In this document: one piece after another, positions 1 to 11,924 of the stretch
Numbering within the stretch: the stretch's first letter is position 1
Layout of the letters: each line of letters begins with the position of its first letter
NCBI GenBank assembly: GCA_019058445.1
Contig: JAHPZA010000009.1
Span: 128,001 to 192,000 of the forward strand
DNA from: Promethearchaeota archaeon
GTDB lineage: Archaea > Asgardarchaeota > Lokiarchaeia > Sigyniarchaeales > SOKP01
Direction: 5' to 3'
DNA length: 64,000 nt
Notes under the pieces: generated by a model
The model's database searches: none
What the model was told of the DNA's origin: nothing
What the model saw: only the letters and a program-made list of their open reading frames with translations
Position numbers and translations under genes: made by a program

Positions 1-1018
1 ATACTGGATGTGCAAAAGTTTCCCGACGTCCATTTCCCTTTGGCACAGAATTTAAGATCGAAGCTGTTCTCCGATTATGAATAAAATTCTTTAAGATTCC
101 ATTTTTAACTAAGATATTTTTCCCTGCTTTGATGCCTTCATCATCAAAGAAATGCGATCCATACTGGCCTTCAATATTGGGAGCATCACATATCACACAG
201 ATCTCAGAAGCTACTTTTTTGCCCAAACGTTCTTTTAAGTAACTTCTGTCCCGTAGCACTTGATCGGCTTCCAGACCATGACCAAAACTTTCATGTGCGA
301 TTAAGCCACTCATATCTGGACCCAGTATAATTGGAAGTTTCCCAGATGGTGGACTGTCAGCAGTAAGCATATCTAATGAATTCTGGATTATTTGATCCAA
401 ATTTTTATTGGAGACCTCATCAACAAGCTCATAACCTTGTTCGGCACCAATTGAAAAATAATCGAAATCAATCTTAGAACCTTCTTTAGCAACAGGTTGG
501 ATAAATAATCTAATCCGTGGCAGCACTTGTCGTAATTGACAACCCTCATTATTTACAAATATGCGCGTTATTAAACCCTCGCCATAACCTATAATTGGAT
601 TTATGATTCTTTTATCAAAATTTTTTATGTAATCAAAAAGCTCTCTGATTTTTTTGATTTTATCATTAATAGGAATTTTAGAGGGATCGACTTTTGTTTT
701 GATCTCTTTATCTATTTTCCATCCATCATATTCTGTTATTGCATCTCCATTATTTTTTCTAGCTGGAAGTTTTTTGGGAATGTTTTTTAAGTCTATCTCA
801 TCCTGGATTGCTACTTCATGCCAAGAATCTAATAGAGTCCTGGCTACGACTCCAGTTTTTTTGGAATTTACGGAAATAGATTCTTCAGAACGAGATTTTG
901 TTATTCTTAAGATTGAAGTTGCATCATATAATATATCAAAATACTGATTGGATCGTTTAAAATTATTAGAAATTTCTTCAAATATTGATATAATTTCATC
1001 ATCAGATTTGTCTATCAT
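1..1018 (-). CDS. tldD: TldD/PmbA family metalloprotease (3' end runs off the window)
   Basis: Manual minus-strand translation from ATG at 1018 (MIDKSDDEII...) contains LIAHESFGHGLEAD (HExxxH, TldD signature) and GNGRRETFAHP. Missing from the ORF track because there is no stop in the window. Confidence 0.88.
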   Translation of the reverse strand, partial: MIDKSDDEIISIFEEISNNFKRSNQYFDILYDATSILRITKSRSEESISVNSKKTGVVARTLLDSWHEVAIQDEIDLKNIPKKLPARKNNGDAITEYDGWKIDKEIKTKVDPSKIPINDKIKKIRELFDYIKNFDKRIINPIIGYGEGLITRIFVNNEGCQLRQVLPRIRLFIQPVAKEGSKIDFDYFSIGAEQGYELVDEVSNKNLDQIIQNSLDMLTADSPPSGKLPIILGPDMSGLIAHESFGHGLEADQVLRDRSYLKERLGKKVASEICVICDAPNIEGQYGSHFFDDEGIKAGKNILVKNGILKNFIHNRRTASILNSVPKGNGRRETFAHPV

Positions 1019-1099
1019 AATAACATCAAAGTTCGTGAACTTTTTTATTAAATATTTCTATAGTTAAGAATATTTTTGTAATTAAGGTTGCAGTTTTAT

Positions 1100-2545
1100 T
1101 TATTCAATATCCAGAATATCTTTAATCAATTGTTTTTTCTTTTCCAAGTTAGCTTGACGAGCTATCATAATTCTTTGTGCTTGTGGCGAACCTGCTCCAT
1201 GCATAGATTCAACCTTGTAACTAACAGCAGCTACCCCCATGCTTAAGTTTTCGATGAATCTTAATAATTTATATCTATTCTCAATTGAAATCCCTTCACA
1301 TGTAGCTAGATATTTTTTTAAAAGCGGCCCAACTTCTTCAGACTTAAGATCTGTTTCAGATGGGAGAGTACATATGATACCTCCGACAAGATCATCTGCT
1401 AGTCGTGCAATCTCGTAAGGAAAACGAGTAACATTTTGCTTGCATACGTTTGCCAATAACATGTCCATTTCATAATTTCCTGCATCTCTTTGAAATCCTT
1501 CAGAACTACATGCAATTCCACAACAATACAGAGATTCATTTAAATGAATCATTTCTACTAATTTGTCTTTAATATGGGAAGTATTATTGACACCATGATA
1601 TTCCGTAATGAGTGCGGTTGCCCCGATCAATACATCTCCTACACCTACTTTACAGCCACCATAACTTTGCCTGTGGAATCCCGCAAATCTATTAACTAAA
1701 TCACCTGCGAATTTAACCTCTCCCCTCATAAACACATCTTCATTAGGGATAAACACATCATCAAAAATAACGAATATTTCCTGACCACCATATTTATAAT
1801 TTCCAACCTCAAATTTGTTTTGCTCCATTTTGCGAGTGTCACTGGCTTGTCGTCCGTATATCATTATTATTCCCTTTGCATCAATATCAACTCCAAAGCT
1901 TACAGCGTATTCTTCTTCCCCAGGGCGTAATGATAGCGTCGGCATGATAATTGCGCGATGTGAATTTACCCAACCAGTCTGATGGACTTTGGCACCTCTA
2001 ACGACAATTCCATCATCAGACTCATCAACTATATGTAAAAATTGATCTGGGTCGGTTTGTGCACTTGGTCTTTTTCCGCGGTCTCCTTTAGTATCAGTCA
2101 TCGCCCCATCGACCATTAGATCTTGATTTTGAACTTCAATCCAATAATTTTTAAATCTCTCGTGATAATTTGTATTAAATTCCTTATCCATCTCATAGGT
2201 TACAGAATATAATGCATTAGCGGCATCAAATCCTACACATCTTTGGAAACAGCATGCGACTTTCTGTCCTACCAGTCTTTGCATTTGAACTTTTTTTATT
2301 AAATCTTCGACTGATTGATGGATATGGGTAAATCGATTAATAGTGTTGCCAGTCAAATGAGATTTCGCTAACATTAAGTGCTGATATTCGGGAATTTGCG
2401 CTAACTCATAAATTTTCTTGACAGTGTTAATTGAAGGTTTTATGATGGGATGTTTCCAGAATTCCTTAACTCTTTCACCAAACATATAGAGATTGATATC
2501 TTTTTTAATGCTTGCTTCATATTCTTCTGGAGTTTTTATTGTCAT
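1100..2545 (-). CDS. abfD: 4-hydroxybutyryl-CoA dehydratase / vinylacetyl-CoA delta-isomerase
   Basis: CFQRCVG Fe-S motif, GAMTDTKGDR, HRQSYGGCK, ESMHGAGSPQAQ; 481 aa. Confidence 0.93.
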   Translation of the reverse strand: MTIKTPEEYEASIKKDINLYMFGERVKEFWKHPIIKPSINTVKKIYELAQIPEYQHLMLAKSHLTGNTINRFTHIHQSVEDLIKKVQMQRLVGQKVACCFQRCVGFDAANALYSVTYEMDKEFNTNYHERFKNYWIEVQNQDLMVDGAMTDTKGDRGKRPSAQTDPDQFLHIVDESDDGIVVRGAKVHQTGWVNSHRAIIMPTLSLRPGEEEYAVSFGVDIDAKGIIMIYGRQASDTRKMEQNKFEVGNYKYGGQEIFVIFDDVFIPNEDVFMRGEVKFAGDLVNRFAGFHRQSYGGCKVGVGDVLIGATALITEYHGVNNTSHIKDKLVEMIHLNESLYCCGIACSSEGFQRDAGNYEMDMLLANVCKQNVTRFPYEIARLADDLVGGIICTLPSETDLKSEEVGPLLKKYLATCEGISIENRYKLLRFIENLSMGVAAVSYKVESMHGAGSPQAQRIMIARQANLEKKKQLIKDILDIE

Positions 2546-2676
2546 TTTCTTAAATCACTCTTTTTTTTTTAATCATAATTTAATTTCCTATATTAAGTTG
2601 GTTTTTATGGAAGGTAGTAACGAATTAGAGAATAGATGAAATTTAAAAGAAGCCAAGCTATTATTTGTTTTTTGGG

Positions 2677-3585
2677 CTAGATTGAGATTATTTTCTTTTC
2701 AGATCTTTGTTTTTCAGGGTTCTCTTCTAAAGCACTTATTCTTTTTTCTAACACAGTGCTGGTCTCGATTAGATTAGAAATTTTGTTATTGATTTCTTTA
2801 ATTTCATTTTGAAGACCCCCTAATTGATTTAGGAGCCACCCTAAAACATCTTGCTTTTTAACAGGTTTTAAAAACCAATTGAAAATATTTACTATAAATT
2901 TGCGGTTATCTAAACGATTTAAACCTATGTTTAAATCATTCGAAAAAATGTCTATATCCCCTAATGCGACCAGCTTTCCGCGTCCGTATTCAGTAGAAGC
3001 TGCCATGATTTGTTGTTGATGGTCTTCTTCTTTTGACCACTTATTTTCTAAATCGTTATAGACTTCTGTCCAAGATTCCTTTGAGAAAAATAATGGTTCT
3101 GCATTTTTATTAATTAATAGAGAACAACTTCCTCCAAGGATAATATCTCTTAATTGAGTAGTTGCTAAATGATCTTTGAAATCTTGAATTGTAAGTATAG
3201 TATCACAATTTTGATTAATTTTGTTTGATTTTTTAACGATATTTTTCTGGAAAGAGATACCAAAATATTTCCTTGAGATATCATTGAGGTTAGTTTTTTG
3301 TAGATAGTCTGCTCCATATTCACTAATTAATAGGAGATTGCCTCCCTCTCTTACAAAATCAACAATGCTTTTGATTTCTATACTTGAAAAATAATTATCA
3401 ATTGGATTTCCAATTATGAGGATGTCTATATTTTGTAATTGTTTTTCTGTAATATTTTTGTTTTCATTAATTTTTATTTTCAGATTTAGAGATTTCATTA
3501 ACTCAAAAAAGTCAGAAAACTCTTCTTCTTGAATATTTAGCATTTCATTATGACTAAGATCAAGTAGCACTGTTTTTTTAGGCAT
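2677..3585 (-). CDS. GIFT (GldG/IFT52-like, DUF4350-like) domain protein with C-terminal coiled coil
   Basis: VLLDLSHNE...DILIIGNP...FSSIEIKSIVDFVREGGNLLLI...GRGKLVALGDIDIFSN...NIFNWF pattern; heptad-rich last ~50 aa; no signal peptide. Confidence 0.65.
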   Translation of the reverse strand: MPKKTVLLDLSHNEMLNIQEEEFSDFFELMKSLNLKIKINENKNITEKQLQNIDILIIGNPIDNYFSSIEIKSIVDFVREGGNLLLISEYGADYLQKTNLNDISRKYFGISFQKNIVKKSNKINQNCDTILTIQDFKDHLATTQLRDIILGGSCSLLINKNAEPLFFSKESWTEVYNDLENKWSKEEDHQQQIMAASTEYGRGKLVALGDIDIFSNDLNIGLNRLDNRKFIVNIFNWFLKPVKKQDVLGWLLNQLGGLQNEIKEINNKISNLIETSTVLEKRISALEENPEKQRSEKKIISI

Positions 3586-3812
3586 TGTTCCCCAAAAATT
3601 AAATTTTGTTCATAAAAAAGGTCTAAAGCTCTAAAGTAAATTCACCTATAAAAATCATTCTATGTCATCATCTAATACTAAAAAATTTTATAAATTTTAA
3701 AGAATATTCAATGTTGGAACATTTTTTTGATATAAATATCAAATAATTATTGCCTATCAAAAAGTAATAGTAATTTTAAAACTAAAAAATATCTTAATTT
3801 GATGGATTGTAA

Positions 3813-6115
<2,303 letters not shown>

Positions 6116-6288
6116 ATTTTACACCTTAATTTGTCAAGAATTTATAAAAAAAAAAATTTTACTTACCAACCTAATATCTTAGTAAACATCAAGAGTGGTA
6201 CGATTATAAATAAAAGACGAATAAATTAAATAGTAATCTAAAGATTAAATTGTCATATCAAATCTCAATAAAATAATGTAATAATAGG

Positions 6289-6693
6289 TTGGAAAAGTTG
6301 ATAAATATCTTGGCTATTATTGTAATAGCAGTAATATATTGGATTTTGAGAGCATTATGGTATTCGAAAGTGCTCTTCTGAAATCTATGGATGGAATCAA
6401 TTGGAAAAACAGAAGATCAATTAGAGATGAAAGCTTCTAGTTTCATTGGAACTGCTATAATCTCGTTTATTATACCACTCTTCTTTGCTATATTATTAGA
6501 ACTTATTGGAACCATAAATCTGGTTAATGGAATTTTAGTAGCCTTAATAGTTTGGGTTGGATTTGATGTTAGTATTGGATTATACGACGTTTTATATTTG
6601 GAAAAGAACATTAAAACGTATTTAATAGATAGTCTATATCATTTAGCGGGATTTTTAATCGCAGGAATTATATTAGGTCTTTGGGTCTTATAA
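6289..6693 (+). pseudogene. DUF1761-like membrane protein interrupted by in-frame TGA at 6379-6381
   Basis: The frame upstream of the called ORF reads (TTG)EKLINILAIIVIAVIYWILRALWYSKVLF*NLWMESIG. This matches the family N-terminus (..GALWYS..LFG..WM) with the Gly codon replaced by TGA. C-terminal IDSLYHL also fits. Confidence 0.7.
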
Positions 6694-6894
6694 TGAATCT
6701 TTATTTTTTCTTTTTTTTTTAATAATTTCATAAGGTTTATAATTTCAAAGTATATTTCCCTTTTCAATTTTGAGGATCAATCAAGTTACTATGAAATATC
6801 TTTAATTTATAAAGAAATAACTAAAAAATATTCTCAGACTTTTTCTAAATATGTCCAATTTAATAAAAATTTAAGAATAAAAGATAGAAAAAAA

Positions 6895-7545
6895 ATGCAT
6901 CCATTATATAATGAATTCTTAGAATATATAGATAAAGAAGATAAGGAGAAATGTGTAGAATTCGTCCTTAGTAAGCTTGACAATAAAGAAATTGACGTTC
7001 CGACGCTTTATAAAGAAATTCTGGAACCTAGTTTAAATAAGTTTTACTGTGACGCAGAAGAAGAGAACCTTTGTATATGGAAGGAGCATGTAAGATCGTC
7101 GATAATTAGAACCATAATAGAATTATGCTATCCCTATATTCTTAAGGAGAGGAGGGAAAGAGGCATTAAGAACTTAAATAAAAAAGTATTCATTGGCTGC
7201 CCTGCCGAAGAATATCATGAAATTGGAGCTAGAATGATTGCAGATATTTTCACATTAAATGGGTATGAAGCAATTTTTGTAGGAGCAAATACACCAAAAG
7301 AAGAGATCAGAGACGCGATTAATACTTTACAACCGATTTATATCGGAATGTGTGTGACTAATTATTTTACACTTATTGAAGCTGAAAAAGCAATTTCACT
7401 AATAAAAGAACACACAGAGTTTACAGGTAAAATTATAGTAGGTGGACAGGCATTTCTATCCAATCCTGATAATTATAAAAAAATCGGGGCAGATATTTTG
7501 ATTCAAAATTACGGAGATATTGAAAAATTGGCTAAAGAGGGATAA
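6895..7545 (+). CDS. stand-alone cobalamin (B12)-binding domain protein
   Basis: Helical cap with WKEH, then EEYHEIG (ExHxxG), VGANTP and IIVGGQAF Rossmann B12-binding motifs. Confidence 0.85.
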   Translation: MHPLYNEFLEYIDKEDKEKCVEFVLSKLDNKEIDVPTLYKEILEPSLNKFYCDAEEENLCIWKEHVRSSIIRTIIELCYPYILKERRERGIKNLNKKVFIGCPAEEYHEIGARMIADIFTLNGYEAIFVGANTPKEEIRDAINTLQPIYIGMCVTNYFTLIEAEKAISLIKEHTEFTGKIIVGGQAFLSNPDNYKKIGADILIQNYGDIEKLAKEG

Positions 7546-8728
7546 AAAAATGAGCTTACCATTAAGAATTGCGTTAAGATTTTTAAAGAGAGGTAAATGG
7601 CAAACACTTCTAATAATATTAGGCATATCAATAGGCGTTTCAGTACAAATTTTTGTTGGTATTCTGCTGAATAGTTTACAATCAAGCTTATTAAACAATT
7701 TTATTGGAAATTCCTCTCAAATTACAATCGTCTCAGATACCGATGATCCTCTTATTGATGATTATGAGGATATTGTTGAGGATCTCGAAGAGTTTGATGA
7801 ATTAACAGTAATTTCAGTAGCAAATGATCAAGTTGGCACAATAACCATTGGTACAGAATCTGAAAGTGTATTACTGCGAGGTTTTGAATTTGAAGACGCA
7901 GATAAAATTTATAACATAGCAGATAGAATATATGGTGGTGAGGAACCTGATGATGATTTTGAAGCTATTATTGGAAAAGATTTGAATGATGAATTGGAAC
8001 TTGATGAGGGAGATAAATTGACGATTTTCGGATTTATTACAGTTGGTAATAAAACTGTACCGGTGAATGGCACTTTTGAAATTGTCGGATTTTTTGATTT
8101 AGAGATCAGTTCCATAAACTCACAATGGGTAATAACAACATTAGATTCTGTTCAAATTATGTATAATACCAGTGATACTATTACCTCTATAGAAATGCAG
8201 GTTCCCGAAGAATTACTCTATGAAGCTGACGAAATTGCTGATGAGATAGATGACGAATTAGACTTAGAAGACGATGATCTAAAAATTACAAATTGGATAG
8301 ATGAAAATCAAAATTTATTGAATGGCCTTCAGAGCCAAAGTCTATCCAGTTATTTCATTCAATCTTTTGTATTGATATCAGTGGTGATTGGAATTGATTC
8401 TGTTTTAGCCATTTCTGTTATTCAAAAACAGCGCCAACTAGGTATCCTAAAAGCAATGGGAATAAACAATAGAACTGCAAGCTTAGTATTCATATTTCAA
8501 GGATTGTTTTTAGGGATTGGAGGAGCAATTGGAGGGATTAGCTTAGGTATCTTTCTTCTATGGGGTTTTACACAGGCATCAGCAAGTGATTTTATTATTA
8601 TTAATTACGATCCAATTTTCATATCAATCTCAGCAGCTATAATCATAATTTCTTCAGTGATCGCAGCACTTAGTCCAGCAATCAAATCATCGAAATTAGA
8701 TCCAATTGATATAATTAGAGGTGAATAA
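7520..8728 (+). CDS. LolC/E-FtsX-MacB family ABC permease (probable start ATG 7550)
   Basis: One N-terminal TM, large acidic extracytoplasmic domain, QLGILKAMG, three C-terminal TMs, KLDPIDIIRG. Confidence 0.9.
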   Translation: MKNWLKRDKKMSLPLRIALRFLKRGKWQTLLIILGISIGVSVQIFVGILLNSLQSSLLNNFIGNSSQITIVSDTDDPLIDDYEDIVEDLEEFDELTVISVANDQVGTITIGTESESVLLRGFEFEDADKIYNIADRIYGGEEPDDDFEAIIGKDLNDELELDEGDKLTIFGFITVGNKTVPVNGTFEIVGFFDLEISSINSQWVITTLDSVQIMYNTSDTITSIEMQVPEELLYEADEIADEIDDELDLEDDDLKITNWIDENQNLLNGLQSQSLSSYFIQSFVLISVVIGIDSVLAISVIQKQRQLGILKAMGINNRTASLVFIFQGLFLGIGGAIGGISLGIFLLWGFTQASASDFIIINYDPIFISISAAIIIISSVIAALSPAIKSSKLDPIDIIRGE

Positions 8729-8730
8729 AT

Positions 8731-9474
8731 TTGTCGAAAAGCGCAGTGAAAATAAAAAATGAAGAGTCAATTAAGGAAAAAGAAGATTACGAATACATAG
8801 TTGACCTTAAACATATTGATAAGTTCTATTACACTGGAGTCGCAACTCAAGTATTATTTGATATTAATCTCCAATTTAAAGCGGGATCCGTTAATTCTAT
8901 AGTAGGTCCATCGGGCAGCGGTAAATCAACACTCATGAATATATTAGGCACCTTAGATAAACCCACAAAGGGAGAAGTATATATCGCTGGAAAAAGAACA
9001 GACCAGATGTCCAAAAATGAATTAGCAATATTAAGAAACCAAACAATAGGATTTGTCTTTCAATTTCATTATTTATTGCCTGAATATACCGCCTTAGAAA
9101 ATGTGTTAATGCCCTTCGAGATTAGTAGACAAAAAGTGACGAGTAAAGTAAAAGAAAAAGCAATAAATTTAATGAAATTCATAGGTATTGAAGATGTTAA
9201 GGACAATTTAGCTACTAAAATGAGCGGAGGTCAACAACAAAGAACAGCAATCGCTAGATCACTTATGAATAATCCAAAAATATTACTTGCTGATGAACCT
9301 ACGGGTAATTTAGATACAGAAGCAACTGATAAAGTATATAATTTATTTAGAGAGATAAATGAAAAATTTGGCACCACACTCATAGTTATAACCCATGAAC
9401 GAAGAATTGCTGAAAAAACAGACAGGATCATAGAAATTAGAGATGGTAAAATACACTTAGATTTATATAAATAA
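8731..9474 (+). CDS. LolD/MacB-type ABC ATP-binding protein
   Basis: GPSGSGKST, GFVFQFHYLL, MSGGQQQR, LLADEPTGNLD, ITHE. Confidence 0.95.
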   Translation: MSKSAVKIKNEESIKEKEDYEYIVDLKHIDKFYYTGVATQVLFDINLQFKAGSVNSIVGPSGSGKSTLMNILGTLDKPTKGEVYIAGKRTDQMSKNELAILRNQTIGFVFQFHYLLPEYTALENVLMPFEISRQKVTSKVKEKAINLMKFIGIEDVKDNLATKMSGGQQQRTAIARSLMNNPKILLADEPTGNLDTEATDKVYNLFREINEKFGTTLIVITHERRIAEKTDRIIEIRDGKIHLDLYK

Positions 9475-9564
9475 ATATAATCATTTTTTTTAATTTTAAC
9501 TTAAAGAAAGAATATTTCGAGAATTCTTGTAAAAATAGAATGAAAAAAAAGGAAAAAAATTAAT

Positions 9565-10065
9565 TTAGCTTTCAGCACTTACCAATTTATCAAGCTTTTT
9601 TCCGCAATAAGAACAATAGACATATCCATCCTTATTTAGTTGAATTTTCATTATACTTGTAAATTCAACTCCACATTCAGGACAATATCTAACAGTTTCG
9701 GATTCAGCTTCTTCAGTAATGTCTTGTATTGTTGTCTTCGGTATTTGTTGAACTACAATCGGTTGGGCAATTTCAGATTCTTCTTCTTCGGATTTAGGTT
9801 TTCCTACGAGTAAATAGTAAAACCATTTCAATACTCGGTATATTCCTATCGAAATGCCTTTAATAACATAGTAAACTCCTTTCAAAATGTAGTAAATTAA
9901 GTACGCAATGCCTTTGAGCAAATAATATACTCCGATTATAATGAGTATTACTATTGTAGCTATTCCTACACCTACAATTATCTGGTAAGACAATGGTAAG
10001 CTCAAAAACCACGCAACAAATTCTTGCCAATAAATATTATTCGATTGAGCAATCATCTCTATCAT
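9565..10065 (-). CDS. membrane protein with C-terminal zinc ribbon
   Basis: Hydrophobic helix, repeated YYxxKG segment, CPECG...CSYCG. Confidence 0.7.
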   Translation of the reverse strand: MIEMIAQSNNIYWQEFVAWFLSLPLSYQIIVGVGIATIVILIIIGVYYLLKGIAYLIYYILKGVYYVIKGISIGIYRVLKWFYYLLVGKPKSEEEESEIAQPIVVQQIPKTTIQDITEEAESETVRYCPECGVEFTSIMKIQLNKDGYVYCSYCGKKLDKLVSAES

Positions 10066-10180
10066 CTTGTTTAATTTTTAACTTGTTTATTCTTAAATAA
10101 AAAGTGTAAAGATCCAATAAAAAATAATTTGGAGTCCAGTTTTTACCGTTTATGAAATTTCTTATTCTCAGAAAAAAAAA

Positions 10181-10732
10181 TTATTTAAAACATACTAACC
10201 CAAATCTATAGGCATTGTGAACGGGGGGCCATTCCATTTCAAAATTGGTATTTCTTACGGTTTGATCTACATTTATCCCTACTGCTTCCATGGAATAGCG
10301 TGGTTCGTATCTACATGGTTCCCCACTATCATAAGTACAGGATTTCTTTTCCTTAGAACAGATCCGACAGAATCCGTCCCAGAGAACAAGCTTCTCTTCA
10401 AATTTCCCATCAAATTTAATTAAAAACTCATTTATCTCTTCTTCTAAATGATCTCGTAAGATATCTTTGTGATAAAATGAGTTAAGTATTTTTTCAGTAC
10501 TTCGTTTTGAATATTTTGATTTTTCATCATTTATGTATCTATCCAAATCAAATTTATAGTATATAAGATAGAAATCTTTGTAGCTTGAGACTTCCTCCTC
10601 TAAATATGGCGCTATTGGAGGACATGCATGAGAATGCCCATAATTGGGGCATTTAAACTCAGGATTATTACAAAAGGTTTGAACTATTGGATCAAACATA
10701 ATTTGTTTAAATGATATTTTAACGTAGGGCAT
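10181..10732 (-). CDS. DUF2284-like metal-binding protein
   Basis: CPNYGHSHACPP, GFCRIC...CTY...PCRY, RYSMEAVGINV. Confidence 0.8.
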   Translation of the reverse strand: MPYVKISFKQIMFDPIVQTFCNNPEFKCPNYGHSHACPPIAPYLEEEVSSYKDFYLIYYKFDLDRYINDEKSKYSKRSTEKILNSFYHKDILRDHLEEEINEFLIKFDGKFEEKLVLWDGFCRICSKEKKSCTYDSGEPCRYEPRYSMEAVGINVDQTVRNTNFEMEWPPVHNAYRFGLVCFK

Positions 10733-10792
10733 TTAAAAGAGTTAGTTTTTAATTTTTTTTGATAAATACTAAAATCTAATTAAGTTTTACTC

Positions 10793-11734
10793 TTAAATTC
10801 TAAATGTTTCTCTTCCAGAATATTTTAACACAATGATGTTAGCGATTACAATTAAAGCCCCGCCAATAATAGTAAATACTGAAAGGGAGTTATAAACCAG
10901 CACTGTTAGAATTGTAGCAACTACCGGCTCGATATATGATAAGATTATAATATTTCCTCCTTTATCGTTTTTAACTCCTGTGTTATATAAACTAAAGGCT
11001 AATGCTGTTGGAATTAAACCTAAAAGCATCGCGATTAGCAAATCGATTAGAGTTAATCTCAGAAGTTCTATAGTTCCAAATAGTAAAAAAGGAAATATTA
11101 AAAAAAGGAGATGCCACCACGCAAGAAAAACATCGAAATCTCCTTTAGCCTTTAGATTGTGAAAATTCTTGTTTCTTTGTTTATAAATTATCTTTTTATA
11201 AAAAACAAAAATTCCTAAAGCTAAACCAGAAAGAAGTCCTGTATATAAACCTAGAGAAAATATATGGTCATTCCAGAATTCCATAATAATCGCTACTCCA
11301 ATTAGTGCCACTATAAAACTCAGCATGCTAATTTTCGACACATGATCCATTTTTGTTATTATAATAAAAATAAGAACAAAAATTCCACTAGTATATAATA
11401 AAAACGCAGCAATTGCATAACCATGAATAGTAATGGTAAAAAAATAAAAATATATTACAACAGGATATACTAATCCACTGATTATAAGAGGCTTCCAATG
11501 TAGTTGAAAAGATTCATTTAAAAATTCACGAGAGAATGAATGAGTTTTAATCATGAAAAACGTAAGAAAGAATACTCCAAATATCCCTCTTAATAATACA
11601 ATGGTATAAACTTGGTAACTTCCGAGAAGTGTGACAAATAAGCCAACGGAACCCATACATGTCGCTGACATTAACATACAAATTTTAGAGATTGTTGGAT
11701 TGACTTTTGTTTCTTCAGATTCAGTATTAGCCAT
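10793..11734 (-). CDS. DMT/EamA family transporter
   Basis: About 10 TM segments, LLYTS, SYIEPVVATIL, IIGGALIV. Confidence 0.88.
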   Translation of the reverse strand: MANTESEETKVNPTISKICMLMSATCMGSVGLFVTLLGSYQVYTIVLLRGIFGVFFLTFFMIKTHSFSREFLNESFQLHWKPLIISGLVYPVVIYFYFFTITIHGYAIAAFLLYTSGIFVLIFIIITKMDHVSKISMLSFIVALIGVAIIMEFWNDHIFSLGLYTGLLSGLALGIFVFYKKIIYKQRNKNFHNLKAKGDFDVFLAWWHLLFLIFPFLLFGTIELLRLTLIDLLIAMLLGLIPTALAFSLYNTGVKNDKGGNIIILSYIEPVVATILTVLVYNSLSVFTIIGGALIVIANIIVLKYSGRETFRI

Positions 11735-11924
11735 AAATCGAAATAGAGTAATGTAATTTTATTTAAACTGTAAATTATTGTTAATTTTAAATAACTAATT
11801 TTAATTATTAACAAAAATATTCCATAAAAAATATCTTTAATTAGAATTGAATTTAAAATAATATCAAAGTTAAATTATTTTTCAATTAAAATTTATACTA
11901 TAAGGAAAAATAGGGGAAAATTTA

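Noticed and set aside
654-947. 97-aa plus-strand ORF
   Set aside because: Antisense shadow of the tldD reading frame.
6379-6381. In-frame TGA as selenocysteine or alternative genetic code
   Set aside because: The position corresponds to Gly, not Cys, and TGA serves as a normal stop for other genes in the window.
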